A DNA stretch of 64,000 nucleotides from Eutreptiella sp. 'Long Island Sound 2002'. Its lineage: Eukaryota; Protista; Euglenida. The stretch is from positions 23,436,001 to 23,500,000 of the forward strand of contig OZ038379.1 in the NCBI GenBank assembly GCA_964036045.1, read 5' to 3'. The translations under genes were made by a program, and so were the position numbers. The stretch's first letter is position 1. Every line of letters starts with the position of its first letter. Below, one piece after another: positions 1-51,705 of this stretch. The notes beneath the pieces are model-generated. The model was not told the DNA's origin. It made no database searches and was given only the letters and a program-made list of their open reading frames with translations.

Positions 1-306
1 CCAAGTTGTGAGCTGCCCTCCGAGATCTTCGCACTTTGTGGCCCAAAACGGCCACTTTTCACCCAAAACAGCCATAAAACTCAACCAAACTCGGAAAACT
101 GCGGATAACGGCTGGCATTCGCCGCGACCCGCTTGCTTTGCTCGTGCCAGAGAGCCACTTGTTGACCAACAACTCCACGAAATATGTAGGAGAAACGGCC
201 CAAAACGGCGCAAAATGTGCACATTTTGTGTTGTGCGGCCTCAAAACCAAGAATGGGCTGTACCTCGGGCCATGTGGCTCAAAATGGGAATCCAAGGGCA
301 TGTAGT

Positions 307-465
307 CTACACGCAATACAATACAATACAATAAGATACGATACGATATGATACAATACAATACAATACTACACGATACGATACAGTACCATACCATACC
401 ATACAATCCAATATACCGTCATATAATATGATATGTATGATACAATACAATACAATACAATACAT
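307..465. repeat. Degenerate (ATACA/ATACG/ATACC)n pentanucleotide repeat
   Basis: Directly visible. Confidence 0.9.
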
Positions 466-1089
466 ATGGCTGTTGGACATGGGGCGGGGGGCCATTTGGA
501 CAAATAGCGGGAAATGTTTGGTGTCAGCCAATTTCCAGGAATATGGTGTTCTGGAGGTAGGGGTATGTTACCTTTTCGAAATCTCCAAGAAAAGGGCTTT
601 TCGGAATGGTACGGGTTGGGCGCGCGCGGGGGGGGGGGGGGGTCTGGAACCGTATTTTATATTTTGGCGGAATTCGGGGACGAAATTTGACGGTTCTAGT
701 ATTTTGGGCTGTCTAAACATGTCTTACACGCCACGTCACACAGACCTCGAACTGTGCCACCGCCATTACTCGTTGATAGTATTGAGTTGAGCAAAAAGCA
801 AAATGGTGTATGTTATGCAGGTTTTTGCATAGAATAGGAGATTGTGCTACAAAAGTGCACCTGCTACAAATAGTTGCAGAATGCAGGTTCATAGATAAAA
901 TCAGACCAGACTTTGTCTCTAATGACTTAGGTTTCGCACAAGGATTGATCTTCTGCTCGCAAGCCTCATAGAGATGAATTTTGAGTTAGTTGGTAGGCTT
1001 GATAATGATCCATTGGTCGTGATCCAACTAACCCGGTGTATGTTTTCGGTACCCCTTAAGAACCTTGAACGACTTTCCACACATCAAGA

Positions 1090-40459
<39,370 letters not shown>

Positions 40460-40496
40460 CGCCGTGGCAACCGGGGCACACGGTGCTGCGTAAAGG

Positions 40497-40506
40497 CTGA
40501 AAAATG
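40497..40506 (-). promoter_or_regulatory. 3' splice acceptor (TTTTTCAG) 37 nt upstream of the NHE ATG: cis 5'UTR intron or trans-splice site
   Basis: Minus strand reads CATTTTTCAG|CCTTTACGCAG...GCGATG. Confidence 0.4.
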
Positions 40507-43500
40507 GGTCGCAGCGGCAGTACAGCAAACACCCCCACAAGCACAATCAAAAAAAGAAAAAGCATGAAAGCCTTTGTTTGTTGGCACATCCCAGCAATGC
40601 AAAGTTCTACGCCTCCCCACCCCCGTGAATAGTCTTCCCACAATATGGGGAGACTATTCAGGAGGGTTCAGTCCCAATGGTCCAGAGAAGCTCCTGGGAT
40701 GAAGGATTGCAGTGCTTCTGCAATTTCTTTCACCATTGTAGGCCCATGGTGGGCCCATGGTGCACAGACACACTAAGCAGCCAGAATGCACTACACCTGA
40801 AGCAATCATGATTCACACTGCATCAGTTCGGGGTTTCTTGGAATGATATGTACAGCATGGTGTAATAGAGAAAGGTCCGTTGAGTAGGCATGCCGCCAAT
40901 ATGCAGATCCCGTGAGGGTAATGCATGAGCTATCATGGCAAAGCAACAATGAATGCAGGTACTCACTGTCTGCATGTCACTGTACTCCTGATTTCCAGCT
41001 AACCCAGCACTCATTCGGCCATACCTGCTGTTGGATTCCTAGTGCTCTATTAGGGTGTTGGGCGTCCACAGACGGGGTTGGGTTGGGTTGGGTTGGGTCG
41101 TGGCTTGCACCGGAGGCAGGTTCCCACGGCCAGTGTGTCCTTTCCTCCCTAGCACGACTGGGACCAACCCCGGCTAGCTGGTCTCACAGCACAGCAGACT
41201 GCTGACGACCCCCAAACCCCACCAAGGCGCTGGTGAGAGGGAGATGCTGCCGTGCCTGTGTGTAGTTCGCGCATGCTGGGGAGCCTGTGGGGGGGTTCAG
41301 GGCACTGGGTCAGGGCACAGTGGCACACCTTCGTTCTTCTGCAGCGGGCTGTGGTCCTCCTGTTGGTGTGTGTGGGGGGGGGGGTGTGGTTGTGTGTGCT
41401 CTGGGCCCTGCAGCGAGGTGTGGGTGCCCTACCACAAGGCTGCTGGGGGAGTCTGTGGGTCGGGTGACCTGCGGCTTTCTCCAGCCCACGACTGAACCCC
41501 AGAGGGGTGCACGGGGCGTGTGGTCTGAGGCGCTCCTTGATTGACCCAGAGGGTCACAGGTGGCGCTGCACAGAGTGCCAGACCGGCGCGCACGGCGGCG
41601 CGAGCGCTGCGGGCATGGCTGCAGCCTGCCCAGCCCGCGGGACTGAGTGCGGGGGTGCCGCTAGCGCCGCCATGGGGCTCGCCGCCCAGTGCAGCAGCGC
41701 ATCGGGCCCGTCGCAGGACCGGCAGGGGTTGGGACGCCTGCCGCCGCTCGGCAAGTGAGCACGCGGGTAATCGCGTTCCCTGTCCCCCTCGCCACAGTGC
41801 GCGGCGCGATGAGCGCGGCCGGTAGAGCGCGAGTGCGCGCGCTCCCCGTGCGGACTGACAGCCCCCCCGCTCCGTGACTCCATAGGGGGGGTCCACAGCC
41901 TGAGCGGCTCAGGTATGTTAGATCACAGGGGCCAGCTGAGGCGCCCCCATCTGCCCCCCTCTTTTCCCCTGGAGGGATCCTTGGGGGCGGGGGGAGCTTG
42001 CCAACCCCTCCTTCTTCACAGAGGTGGAAGAGAGAGACAGAGAGAGCAATGGTCGGTTCCAATCGACTGAATGCCCCCGCCATAGGCACTTTCAGCCATT
42101 AGTGCAATAGTGAGTGTCCTCTGCAAGAGCTTCAATCCACCAACTGCTATGTACAGTGGGCTGTGCCTTAGGCTCAAGGTTGCACTACATATTATAGACC
42201 AAAGACGGCACATGCTCATGCAGGACAATGTCACATGGACCTACCCTCCCCCCCCCTTGCAAACTCCCGGGTTAGAGCGCGACGGTCTCCTGGGGGGGGG
42301 GGGGATTGCAAGGGTATTTCAAGGCAAACTGTGGTACCCTCCACTGATGCAAGCAAAGAGAACACGTGTGAAGCGACTTTTGCGTTGATGCGGTGCCAAT
42401 GTGTTTCATCCAACACAAATGTTATTGAGGATCCAAAGGAACGGTAAAGAACTTCTGGGTACGAGAATAACACACTTTGAATTGTTGCACATGCTCAGTT
42501 TGCATGACAGGCACGGGGTGTGTTGCACTGGCTGATGAGGAGGAGGCAATGGCCTTGAGAGTTGGGCGCTCTCATGATCCACCGGAGTGACCCCACCAGG
42601 GCGTATGTACCGAATGTGGCAAAACTGTGGCCCATTTGGTGAAGGGCCCACGACAGTGGCCAACACATGTGCACCCGTGAATGTTGAATGTGCTTGACCT
42701 TAACCGATCCTGAACCCACTGGGTTTTTCAACTTGAGGCCCCGTCAATGCCCAACCAAGTGTGGCCGAATGGGGCCAGCAATAGATGCAGCACAAGAAGG
42801 GAGTGACCATTGACCAGGATGTACGCATAACACTGTAGAGTCCGAAGTGCCAGCAAGGGTAGCAGAAGCATTGACGAGGGCTAACCAATGGACACAACTC
42901 GTATTGTGGACGCGCGGAGCATCGGCAGGATGGACAGAAGGCGATGACAACCGTGGGGCAGGCGCAGCCAGAGCCCCATGCGGACATTGCAACGTGACCA
43001 TTTGAGGCCCCACTCAAACAAGCCAGCACAGACCTGGGCACTCCATTGTCTATGGACATCGCCCAACGACTTGATTTTTCTGTCGCCTCTCTAGATTCAG
43101 ATCATGCGAATGCCCTACTCACTACACTCTGCCTTGAGCCAATGGATGAGCTGTGCACTTTCTCCCCCGAGGATGTCCCCGATTCGGGGGTGGGGGGTCC
43201 GATACTGCATCCACGATCTCTTGGGGTGCTAGCTCTAACGGTTTTAGCACTGATGTCAGGGACACTCGTCACAACAAGATAATGTTTTTCTACACGTCCA
43301 TGATGGGTCTAGGTGACACCGCCCAGATACATTGCTACAGTACACAAGGTGCAGGTGGTCGCCCTCTGAGGCCGGAGGAGTGCTGAGGATGACCGCAAAG
43401 CCTAGTGTTGCTACTACCCCCCCTACCCTTTGCAAACTCCCACCCCTTGCAATCCCCCCCCCCCCGGGAGACCGTCACTTCCATGTTTTTCTAGTTAACA

Positions 43501-44279
43501 TGTATTGTGTGAGTTTGTGTTGCCCATCTGCTTTACGCATGGTCTTGCATTGCTTTCCCATTACTTCAAATCAAGCACCTGTGTGTGTTCTGTGATATTC
43601 TCTCTCCAAAGGCGTTGTATGGGTGTATTGTGTTGCTACTTCAGACCCAAGATGTTTTCTCCCGGTGACCATGTACGGTACCACTCACGCACACTTGGGG
43701 TGGGGTGTCGTTCTCTGCTTGCTGGGATTCCCCCAAGCAGCTGCGTTTTAGCCGGTTGGGGTCCTCCATTGCCATCAGTTGCAAAGGTCACGGTGTGAGG
43801 CATTGTGAGCCCTTTGTGCTGCACGTTATGGTGGAGGCCCTCAACGTGTGGGACTCCACGAACCTAGGTGGCAAGGAGAGTTCCCTGCCCTCATCCATTG
43901 GAACCAGGTTCAGGGTGTCGAACAACCTCAATGACACACGTGGAGTCATTGGTGACCGTGTCTGTGGTGTGTGAAATGTGTTTCTCATTGTCCCCATACA
44001 GTACGGCGTGGCTGCCCCAGTCGGTGTGGAGGGCGTTGCTGCCTCCCCTGCCGGGCGTGGCATTCGGACCAATGATAAGTGGAGGGGGGCATGCAGTCAT
44101 GGCCTTTTTGCCTGTTGGACTGGTGTGCACACCTCGATGTCCCACAGTGGCGGCGACTGCAGGGGTTTGAGTGGGGGTAGGGGGGTGCTGGCAACCATGG
44201 CTTTTTGAATGTGGGGTTTGGTGGAAGGGGTTTTTTCGAGAAATGAGAAAAGGCCGGATTCAGCAGTTTCTACAAACTA

Positions 44280-45350
44280 GTAGTTTTCTCCTAATCCGGC
44301 AAACATACGCAAATTTCCGGTCAAAAAGGGGTCTTGGATGCAGCTCCCATACCCCGCAGAGGTTGGTACGCATTGACTACCGCAAGGATATAGCGGATGG
44401 GCATGCGGTCCTATCTTGGCGAGGCGGTCTGCCTTGTTATTGCCCCCAATGGTAACATGGAATGCCACCTTGATCCACAAAATTTCACGGCCTTCCGAGC
44501 CCCCAGATGGGAATGTTGCTGACCTGTCCACATGATCCCACCCGTCCTTTGATTGGCCTGCACCTCTAGCTCCTAGCAGGACATACTCAGAGTCACAACA
44601 TATTGCCACCTTGCCCAGTGGGTGCAGCTGGAGGGCGCACAGCGCGGCCATCAGTTCCCCCGCGTTGTTTGTTTGTTTGTTTCATGTTCAGTGGCATAGG
44701 CTGAAATAGAGAAATGCAGTTTTCACTGTACACTCCATAACCACCCAACCTAAAGATGCCTTCTATCTTTTCGGAGGGACCGTTTGTAGAAACTAACTGA
44801 AACCCATCATCCTCTGCATCACGCAAGATTGTTTCTAGCTCCAATGCCCTTTCCTCTTTTCTTTTTTGTCTGTGTGCCGCCTTCATGGCTTGTTTTCCGG
44901 GCGGTGGGGTGGGGGGTTCGAGCAGCAGCTTGGGGGGTTCATTCTAGGCGGTGAAAGAGTCAATGACTTTCGATGCACTGTCAGACAGTAAAATTGTGTA
45001 TCGATTGGAGGAAATGAAAGGAAGCACCGCATTGCTCCACAGGTGAAAAAATCGTTATCAATGAGCCTGGCATCAAGTGACACCCTGGCCATGTTCCTGG
45101 CCTTCTAGTTGGCATATATAGCACTCCAGGCAAGGACTCCGATTGGGGCCATTAGAGAGTTTGCCGGGTTGTGTTCCAAAAGGGACTTGATTCCCAGCGG
45201 GCTTACTTCCCAGTCTAGAAAGCAATCCGCATTATATTTAAAACCCTTGTCAATGAAGAAACAGTGATATAGTGTATGTGAAATCGTTTCAATTTGTCTG
45301 TCTAAGGGGTGGGTGGCCTCTTGCGGCTTCCAAGAAGCTAACTGATCCCC
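44280..45350 (-). pseudogene. LINE C-terminal remnant with RNase H
   Basis: FQLVSTNGPSE...GGYGVY...KQTN; AALCAL...ICCDSEYVLLG; WIKVAFHVTIGGNNKADRLAKIG...HPL. Confidence 0.8.
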
Positions 45351-46204
45351 CACAGGGAGCTTAGCCCAGAGGGCCTGTTAGACAAAATCCTTTAAGTGGG
45401 CAGGGAGCACGCGGGCCGCCGCCAGCCAATGTGTGACCCCGAGGGGTGTGCGACTGTTTTGGGGGCTATGGGGGGGGGGGGGGGGCTTCGTTGACCCAAA
45501 CCCAGCACCTTTCCATCAGGCACCTCCAAGCGCGCAAACAAACAAAGCTAACAAGATGCATTGTGACCGGTCATAGGTCGTGATTGTTTTGCTGCACTGC
45601 AGCATTTCCAAAGCAGTATTAAATGTTGCCTTGAGTTCGCCCATAGGCTATCGAATGTCTCTTAGGCTGCCTTGGGTCAGCTCTCTCTCCCCCCTACGGA
45701 AGCCGATTACCCAGGCATGGTCGGTGCACTGCTCTTAGTAACCGTGCATGCAGAACGGGTTATGCCGGTATCCGCTGGCCCACAAATAGTGTCCCTTCCC
45801 CTTGTTACAAACCACACACATATACATAGAGAAGGGAAGGGAGTGGAGGGGCCTCAAGCATTGGAATCATCCTCCCACTCGTCGCGTGCCCTCTTGCCGG
45901 TACTGTTGGGGCGAGTACGCTTCTTTGGCCGGGCTGCTTGCGATCTTGTGACCCGGCAGGCTGCCGGCCCACCAGACATGGATTTTGATGGCACATATTC
46001 ACTAGTGCCAGGCGGGGCACTACTACTGGAGGATGCACTCGTACTTGAGGAGGCATTGGTGGTGGAGTTGCTGCTACTACTACTGCCACTACTACTACTG
46101 CCTTGGTTTAGCCTAGAGAGAAGAGTAGGGAGAACGGTGGGCAGGGCCGGCGGCGCAGCAGGCTTCGCCTTCGGTGGCAATGGGGCCCAGAAATTGTCAA
46201 AGGC

Positions 46205-46603
46205 TTACAACACTTTTGTTTTCTCCTCTTCGCTGCTCCCGGCATAGTCATGGGACACACCTGGGTGCACTTGTGCCATGTGGTGTGGCATGGCGTAGGT
46301 GCAATGCCATTTTCGGCAATCAAGTACCTTGCAGCGAACCGGTAGGTTGGTGCTAGGGGTCGTCATTGTTGGGGTGGCCGCGCTCTTTAGCCGTAGTCGA
46401 TGGTACGCGAAACCGCAATTGCTGTCAATTTTCTTGCCATGCACACTTGTGCTGCACTTGCCATCTATGTTGCTACACCACATCTGCACCTTCTTGGCCA
46501 GCCCACCGGTAGCCTCGCAAAAAGTGCCCAGTGATGTGCGACCGACCGCATTGAAGTGTGCATGAAAAATCAGCCGCAGTCCGGAAAAGGGCAGGGCATA
46601 CAC
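46205..46603 (-). pseudogene. Transposon-associated Cys/His cluster fragment (unassigned)
   Basis: STNLPVRCKVLDCRKWHCTYAMPHHMAQVH; no flanking gene context. Confidence 0.3.
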
Positions 46604-46824
46604 TTTGCTCCTGGAGCATTCTTCAGCTGCTCACTAAATCTTAGCATTTTGGGTATAGACACATGTGGCGAAAACAAAACTTCGCCTTGTACCGGGTTCC
46701 TAAAACAAAATATCCGGCGCCCCTGACGCCGACAAAGCACATTGTCCCGTGTAACAATTTTGGGGTCCGTAGAGGGGTCCCCCCCCCCCCCCCTTTGGGG
46801 TTGGGTCCTGTGATTGTACGCCTT

Positions 46825-47109
46825 CTAGACCTTCAATTCCTGTCGCGGCAAAAATTCATAGGGGTAGGAGAGGTATTCAATCATGGGGTTGCATACCCAG
46901 GCAGACCGTTGTTCTGGACTTGGTAAAGAAGGAAACCTATTTGGTGTGGGGGCCGGCATGGGCACGTCTGAAGTTGTTAGCTGATTGATAACAGTCTGAT
47001 AAATGGGTTTCCAAGTCGGAGCAAAGGCGTTGAAAAGTGAGTCGTCCTCTAGCAGTTGACCCAATGTGAGGACATTTTGCCTCATCAGTGCTGAGCAACA
47101 ATAGGTCAA
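46825..47109 (-). pseudogene. LINE post-RT fragment
   Basis: LMRQNVLTLGQLLEDDSLFNAFAPTWKPIY, LINE-like by eye only. Confidence 0.35.
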
Positions 47110-47348
47110 CTTGCTGTCATTGTGGAAAAAGGCGTTGTGCTATCACCCTTAAAATAAACACTGGCCCGAGGCTTTTCGGCAAGCGGCCAGTAGACTGTAA
47201 ATTGTTGTAAATTTTGTTGTAAATTCCACCTTTTTTTGAGAGAAATCCAAAAAAAATTGTATCTTTTTACCTGTTTCATGCTTCCTTCTTCCTACCCATT
47301 CCCCAAATGCTTCATAAGACACAATTAGTCATTCATGCATATGACCTA

Positions 47349-47802
47349 CCAAGTCAGGCCGGCTGACGACGCCGCCACCCACCCTGGGCGCCCCCCGGGG
47401 TCAGAGGTGCAGCCTGTGAGGGGCAGACGCACCACTGCCTCACCAAGTGTGCTCCCACCAGCTGAAGCCCCCTCTGGGTCAGGTAGTCTTCATCTACCGG
47501 CTGGAGCCCCTTCTGGGCGTCTCGGTTCCGTCTGAACCTGCAGCGACTCTCCGTGTTCCGTGTGCGTGTGTTCGGCCAGACGTCTTGCCGTCGGACGCAT
47601 TTCGCTCACCAGCTGAAGCCCCCTCTGGGTCAGGTAGTCTTCATCTACCGGCTGGAGCCCCTTCTGGGCGTCTCGGTTCCGTCTGAACCTGCAGCGACTC
47701 TCCGTGTTCCGTGTGCGTGTGTTCGGCCAGACGTCTTGCCGTCGGACGCATTTCGCGGGCTGACGGACAGTGGTAGCTGGCACTACCTGACCTGACCTGA
47801 CC
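47349..47802 (+). mobile_element. SINE-like or truncated non-LTR insert with (CCTGA)n tail, 13-bp TSD and internal 151-bp tandem duplication
   Basis: TGCATATGACCTA at 47336-47348 and 47803-47815; 3' hairpin GGTAG-CTGGCA-CTACC followed by CCTGA repeats; perfect duplicate 47456-47605 / 47607-47756. Confidence 0.8.
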
Positions 47803-47845
47803 TGCATATGACCTAGACACCAATAACACCACTCTGCTTGAATGC

Positions 47846-48105
47846 TGTTTTTTTACAACTCTGGACGTGTGCTGTTTATTCCGCATTGTCACATGAACAT
47901 CACTGCTTATTTTTTTTTTACAACTCTGGATGGGTGCTGTTTATTCCTTATGGTGATTTGGTCTTCACTGTTTAATTTTTTACAACTCAAGATGGGTGCT
48001 GGTTATTTCTGATTGTTAACTGGTCATCCCTGTTGTTATTGTTTTACAACTCTGCATTGGTGCTGCTTATTCCTGATTCTCATATGTCCAGCGCTGTTTA
48101 TTTTT
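47846..48105. repeat. Degenerate ~64-bp tandem repeat (4 units)
   Basis: TTTTACAACTC-GGATGGGTGCTG-TTATTCC recurs at spacings of 62-65 bp. Confidence 0.8.
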
Positions 48106-48461
48106 GGGGAGGAGGCCACCCCTGTCACCAACCCTCTTCTACCCCCAAGCTTTGCTCTTAACCATTCTCCTATGCATAGATTACCCTACCTCACCACGCG
48201 CGGGAAACTTGCCTGGACAACCATGTATGAATGGCAACAATGTGAACAAAATGACAAAAAGCACGCAACTTGCAAGACAAAGAAGGTCAATTCCATCATG
48301 AAATGGTGCAAAAATAGCAATTTACACCAATTTACACCGAATTTACACCTATATACACAGCGGTGGCCCAAAAAGTGGCCGTTTTCATAAAATTTACGCA
48401 TTTACGCGTAAATTTGCCATTCGGCCAGCGACCCGGCCAGCATTTAATTAATGGGTGTGTG

Positions 48462-49010
48462 CTATAGAGGGGTATCATACGAAAGCTCGGTCGGAGGGGG
48501 CAGCGGTAGGTTTTGCCTTGGAATGGAAAATGCTCGCATGGACCACGCCAAGTATGGCATTTGGCGCCACACCACGTTGCTACCCATTTGGAAAAGCTGC
48601 AGCGACTGTCCCTGGAGTGTGATGCCATGCTTCTGACAGAAGCCTTGCAGTTCCGTTCCAAGATGTCTAGGGATGGAGTGCTCCTCACAAAAAAATTGGT
48701 TGAACATGACGGAGTGTTGGTGGTACAGGAAGGTTTCAGGATCAGGCAATGAAAAGCCGCCTTGCTGCACCAAGAGTGAAAGGATGGGTTGTGTGATAGT
48801 CTAGGACGTCATTCTGAGCGCCGTCCAGTAGACGGTGTTAACTGAAGAGACTACCATGTCGGTTGGGAATATGACACGTGCTGGGTGGACAAGCAGGGGA
48901 CCCAAAGCTTGAAAAACATTACACATTCTGGGAGGGGCTCCAATAAAACATTGCAAAAGCATGTTTGGTGGCCTGAGCCACAAACAGGGAAAAGGACTCT
49001 TGAGATGAAA
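48462..49010 (-). pseudogene. LINE post-RT fragment
   Basis: QGGFSLPDPETFLYHQH matches the GG(L/F)xLP motif that follows L1/Tx1-type RT. Confidence 0.5.
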
Positions 49011-49022
49011 CATGACCCATCA

Positions 49023-49451
49023 CAGGACGGTCCTTAACGAAAAAAAAAAGTGTTCGAGAACCAGTTTTCCCAAAAAGGCCCGCGGGCACTCCATGTGCTC
49101 AACCATGGTTGGTGGCGGTTGGCGGTTGGCGGTTGGTGGCGGTTGGCGTTGGTAGTTGGCAACTGGCGGTTGGTGGCGGTTGGTGGTGATTGGCGGCGGT
49201 TGGCGGCGGTTGGTGGTGCTTGTCGGCGGTTGGTGTTTGGTGTTTGGTGGTTGGTGGCGGTTGGTAGTGGTTGGTAGTTGGCGGTTGGTCGCCGCTGGCG
49301 GCTGGCGGCGGTTGGTGGCTGGCGGTTGGTGGCGGTTGGTGGCGGTTGGCGGTTGATGGGAGTTGGCGGTTGGCGGTTGGTGGTCCCTTGGGGCGGTCCT
49401 TAAGGGCGGTCCTTAGCAAAAAAAAAATCTGGTCCCTTAAGGACCGCCCTG
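49023..49451. mobile_element. hAT-type MITE carrying a GGCGGTT(GGT) satellite
   Basis: 15-bp TIR CAGG(A/G)CGGTCCTTAA; 8-bp TSD ACCCATCA / ACCCAGCA (7/8); internal repeat 49105-49385. Confidence 0.85.
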
Positions 49452-49789
49452 ACCCAGCAAGAACCCGGGTGGAAGGGGGGTGGGGCGCAAAAATTTTACT
49501 CAAAGGGCAGTTCAAATTGACAAGCATGACGAGTCGGACCATGCGCACGGGGAGTGTTGTGCATAGGAGCATTGTGTAGAGCTACTACTGCTACTGATGA
49601 CTGAGTTGTCCCACCATAAGCTCTAGCTCTAGTTTGGTCTAGAGGCAGTGTGCATCGTTACGCCCAAGGTCAACAGACTCAAAGGACAAGAAAGCAAAGA
49701 CAGAAAATTCTCGCATTGCAGCGTGTGGGTGGGTGTGGACGGGCTTCCATGCCTCCCGCTTACTTAGACGTGGTATTTCTGGTTGTGAA

Positions 49790-50250
49790 GGAACAATTTT
49801 AAAAGAGGTTGTATGGCGTACAAGGCTACTAGGATGTGAGAGACGGCCAAAACTATGAAATCTGTCCGCTTCCTTGTGGCCGTCCACATGTACGTGTGAT
49901 GGCGCCCAATGGACTCTAGCTCCTCATCCAAAAGCTCCGGGTTGGCCACAAGGCCGTTGGAACCCTTCCATCCTAAGAGCTTCCACCGACTTGCTGCCCC
50001 TTGGGCACCAAGGATAACGGATGAGGAATGCAGTACATATTGCTTATCAACATGCAACCTTTTGAGTGTTTGTACCACCGCACAAAGTTTGGTTGTATCA
50101 ATGGATTGACGCCCATGCGTTGGGAGATGTGTTGAGATGCATGTTCCTAACTCCAAAGCAACGCCCAAACCGCCTAATTGTCCCAGTTTTGGCTCGCCAT
50201 CTAACGAGCCACAGTGTAGACCCGTTGGAACCCATCTGCCTAGAGGGAGC
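49790..50250 (-). pseudogene. Second RNase H remnant
   Basis: SSSVILGAQGAASRWKLLGWKGSNGLVANPELL. Confidence 0.65.
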
Positions 50251-51705
50251 CTAGTTTCGACTCAAGCTCGTTTGTACATTCTAGTTTGAGCAATTTGCGC
50301 ACTTTCCGTTTGAGTTGTGCCTCAGTGGTTGGTGGAGTAGGGCGGCTCAAGTGACCTTAGGAAAATGTCCAACATTGGATTGTCGCGAATCGACTGTAGT
50401 GGCGATATGAAAGTGAGAAGATTTTCAATAGCAATGAAAGGTAGGTTCAAAGTGGCCCACCTACCAAGGTAAGTGGCCCACTTGGACACAAAATTGGACC
50501 AATGGGGCAAGTCACCCCCGCGGCGTTTGATGGCACAGCGAGATTGCCAGCTGACAGGAAAAGCAAACCACGGCCACGTCACGCTCACAGTGTAAATGTG
50601 ATGGCCCATCCACCTTGAAATAGTCCTCAATTACTTTGAAAGCACAACACACATGAGCACAGTGGCCATAATGAAGTACCCGCGACCATAGTGCAAGCAA
50701 TGTTCTAAGTGCCACGGCAGGGCGTGTTTTTGGTAATTTTGCAAACAAAACCAAGCTGCGAATCGGATAACAAACTTTCACTTGTAGCTAGCAATACCAG
50801 GTGTGTGCCCACAACCACACACTTGTAGCGCTCTGTATGTCATGTACTGCATTGCTATTGTAGAGGAGTCTGCCCAATACATCATGGCTCTATATCAGAA
50901 TCACCACACGGCCAAGACTTAGCATCCAATCCATTGTCAGTATCATCCCCCCCAAAATACGGGAAAACTACTTGCCGCTACCCTATCTACACACTTTGAT
51001 AAAGTGGTCGCGGTGTAGGGCCAGCTGCATCGGGCGTTTGCACTGCCCAATTACTACAAATTCCCGGAACGCTTGGTGTGTACATCAGGGAGCTGCTTGT
51101 TTTCCAAGCCCCCCTGCAGCAACCTTTGTGCAGCCTGAGCGCATAGGACCATGCTACAGCTCCCAGTTGCAGTGAACTGGGAAAAACATGACGATATTGA
51201 CATCTGTGCTTGGATACGGACTAGTACACTATGGGAAATTCAAAGGCAATCTGGGTGCACAACCATCGGTACTAGGTGTAGGGCAAGGATCAAGCTGTTC
51301 AAAATCTGGGGCACTGCAGTAATGGTGCATGGCTGACACGGCTGTTATGCTCAGAAGAATAGCAGAACAGGCGGCAACTCCATTAGAATCAAACCCAATG
51401 CCGCCCAAGCTGCAGGGGGTGGGGCATCAGTTTCTTCTTCTATCGCTATCGCTAGACGTCTCTGAGCATCTTCATTGTCCCTTGGTGCCTTATCAGGTGG
51501 TGGTTGGGGTGTTCTTTGCTGATCCAACTGCTTTGGGGAACAGAGAATTTCACATGGGGGGTGGAGTTGCAACTTATCTTGCCCCCTAAAGTGAACATAG
51601 TCTGCACGGTACAAAATTTGTGTGAACGTTGCCTTTGATATCCACATGGGCTTGCACAAGCAAGCGCTGTATCGGTCTGTTTTGTGCAATCAACTGCACA
51701 TCACT

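Noticed and set aside
41240-42100. GC-rich overlapping ORFs as a gene
   Set aside because: Low-complexity Ala/Gly/Arg translations in all frames, no motifs, and embedded in TE debris.
47846-48105. CRISPR-like repeat/spacer pattern
   Set aside because: The 'spacers' are homologous to each other (TGATTGTCA...CACTGTTTAT), the repeats are degenerate, there are no cas genes, and the context is eukaryotic. It is a minisatellite.
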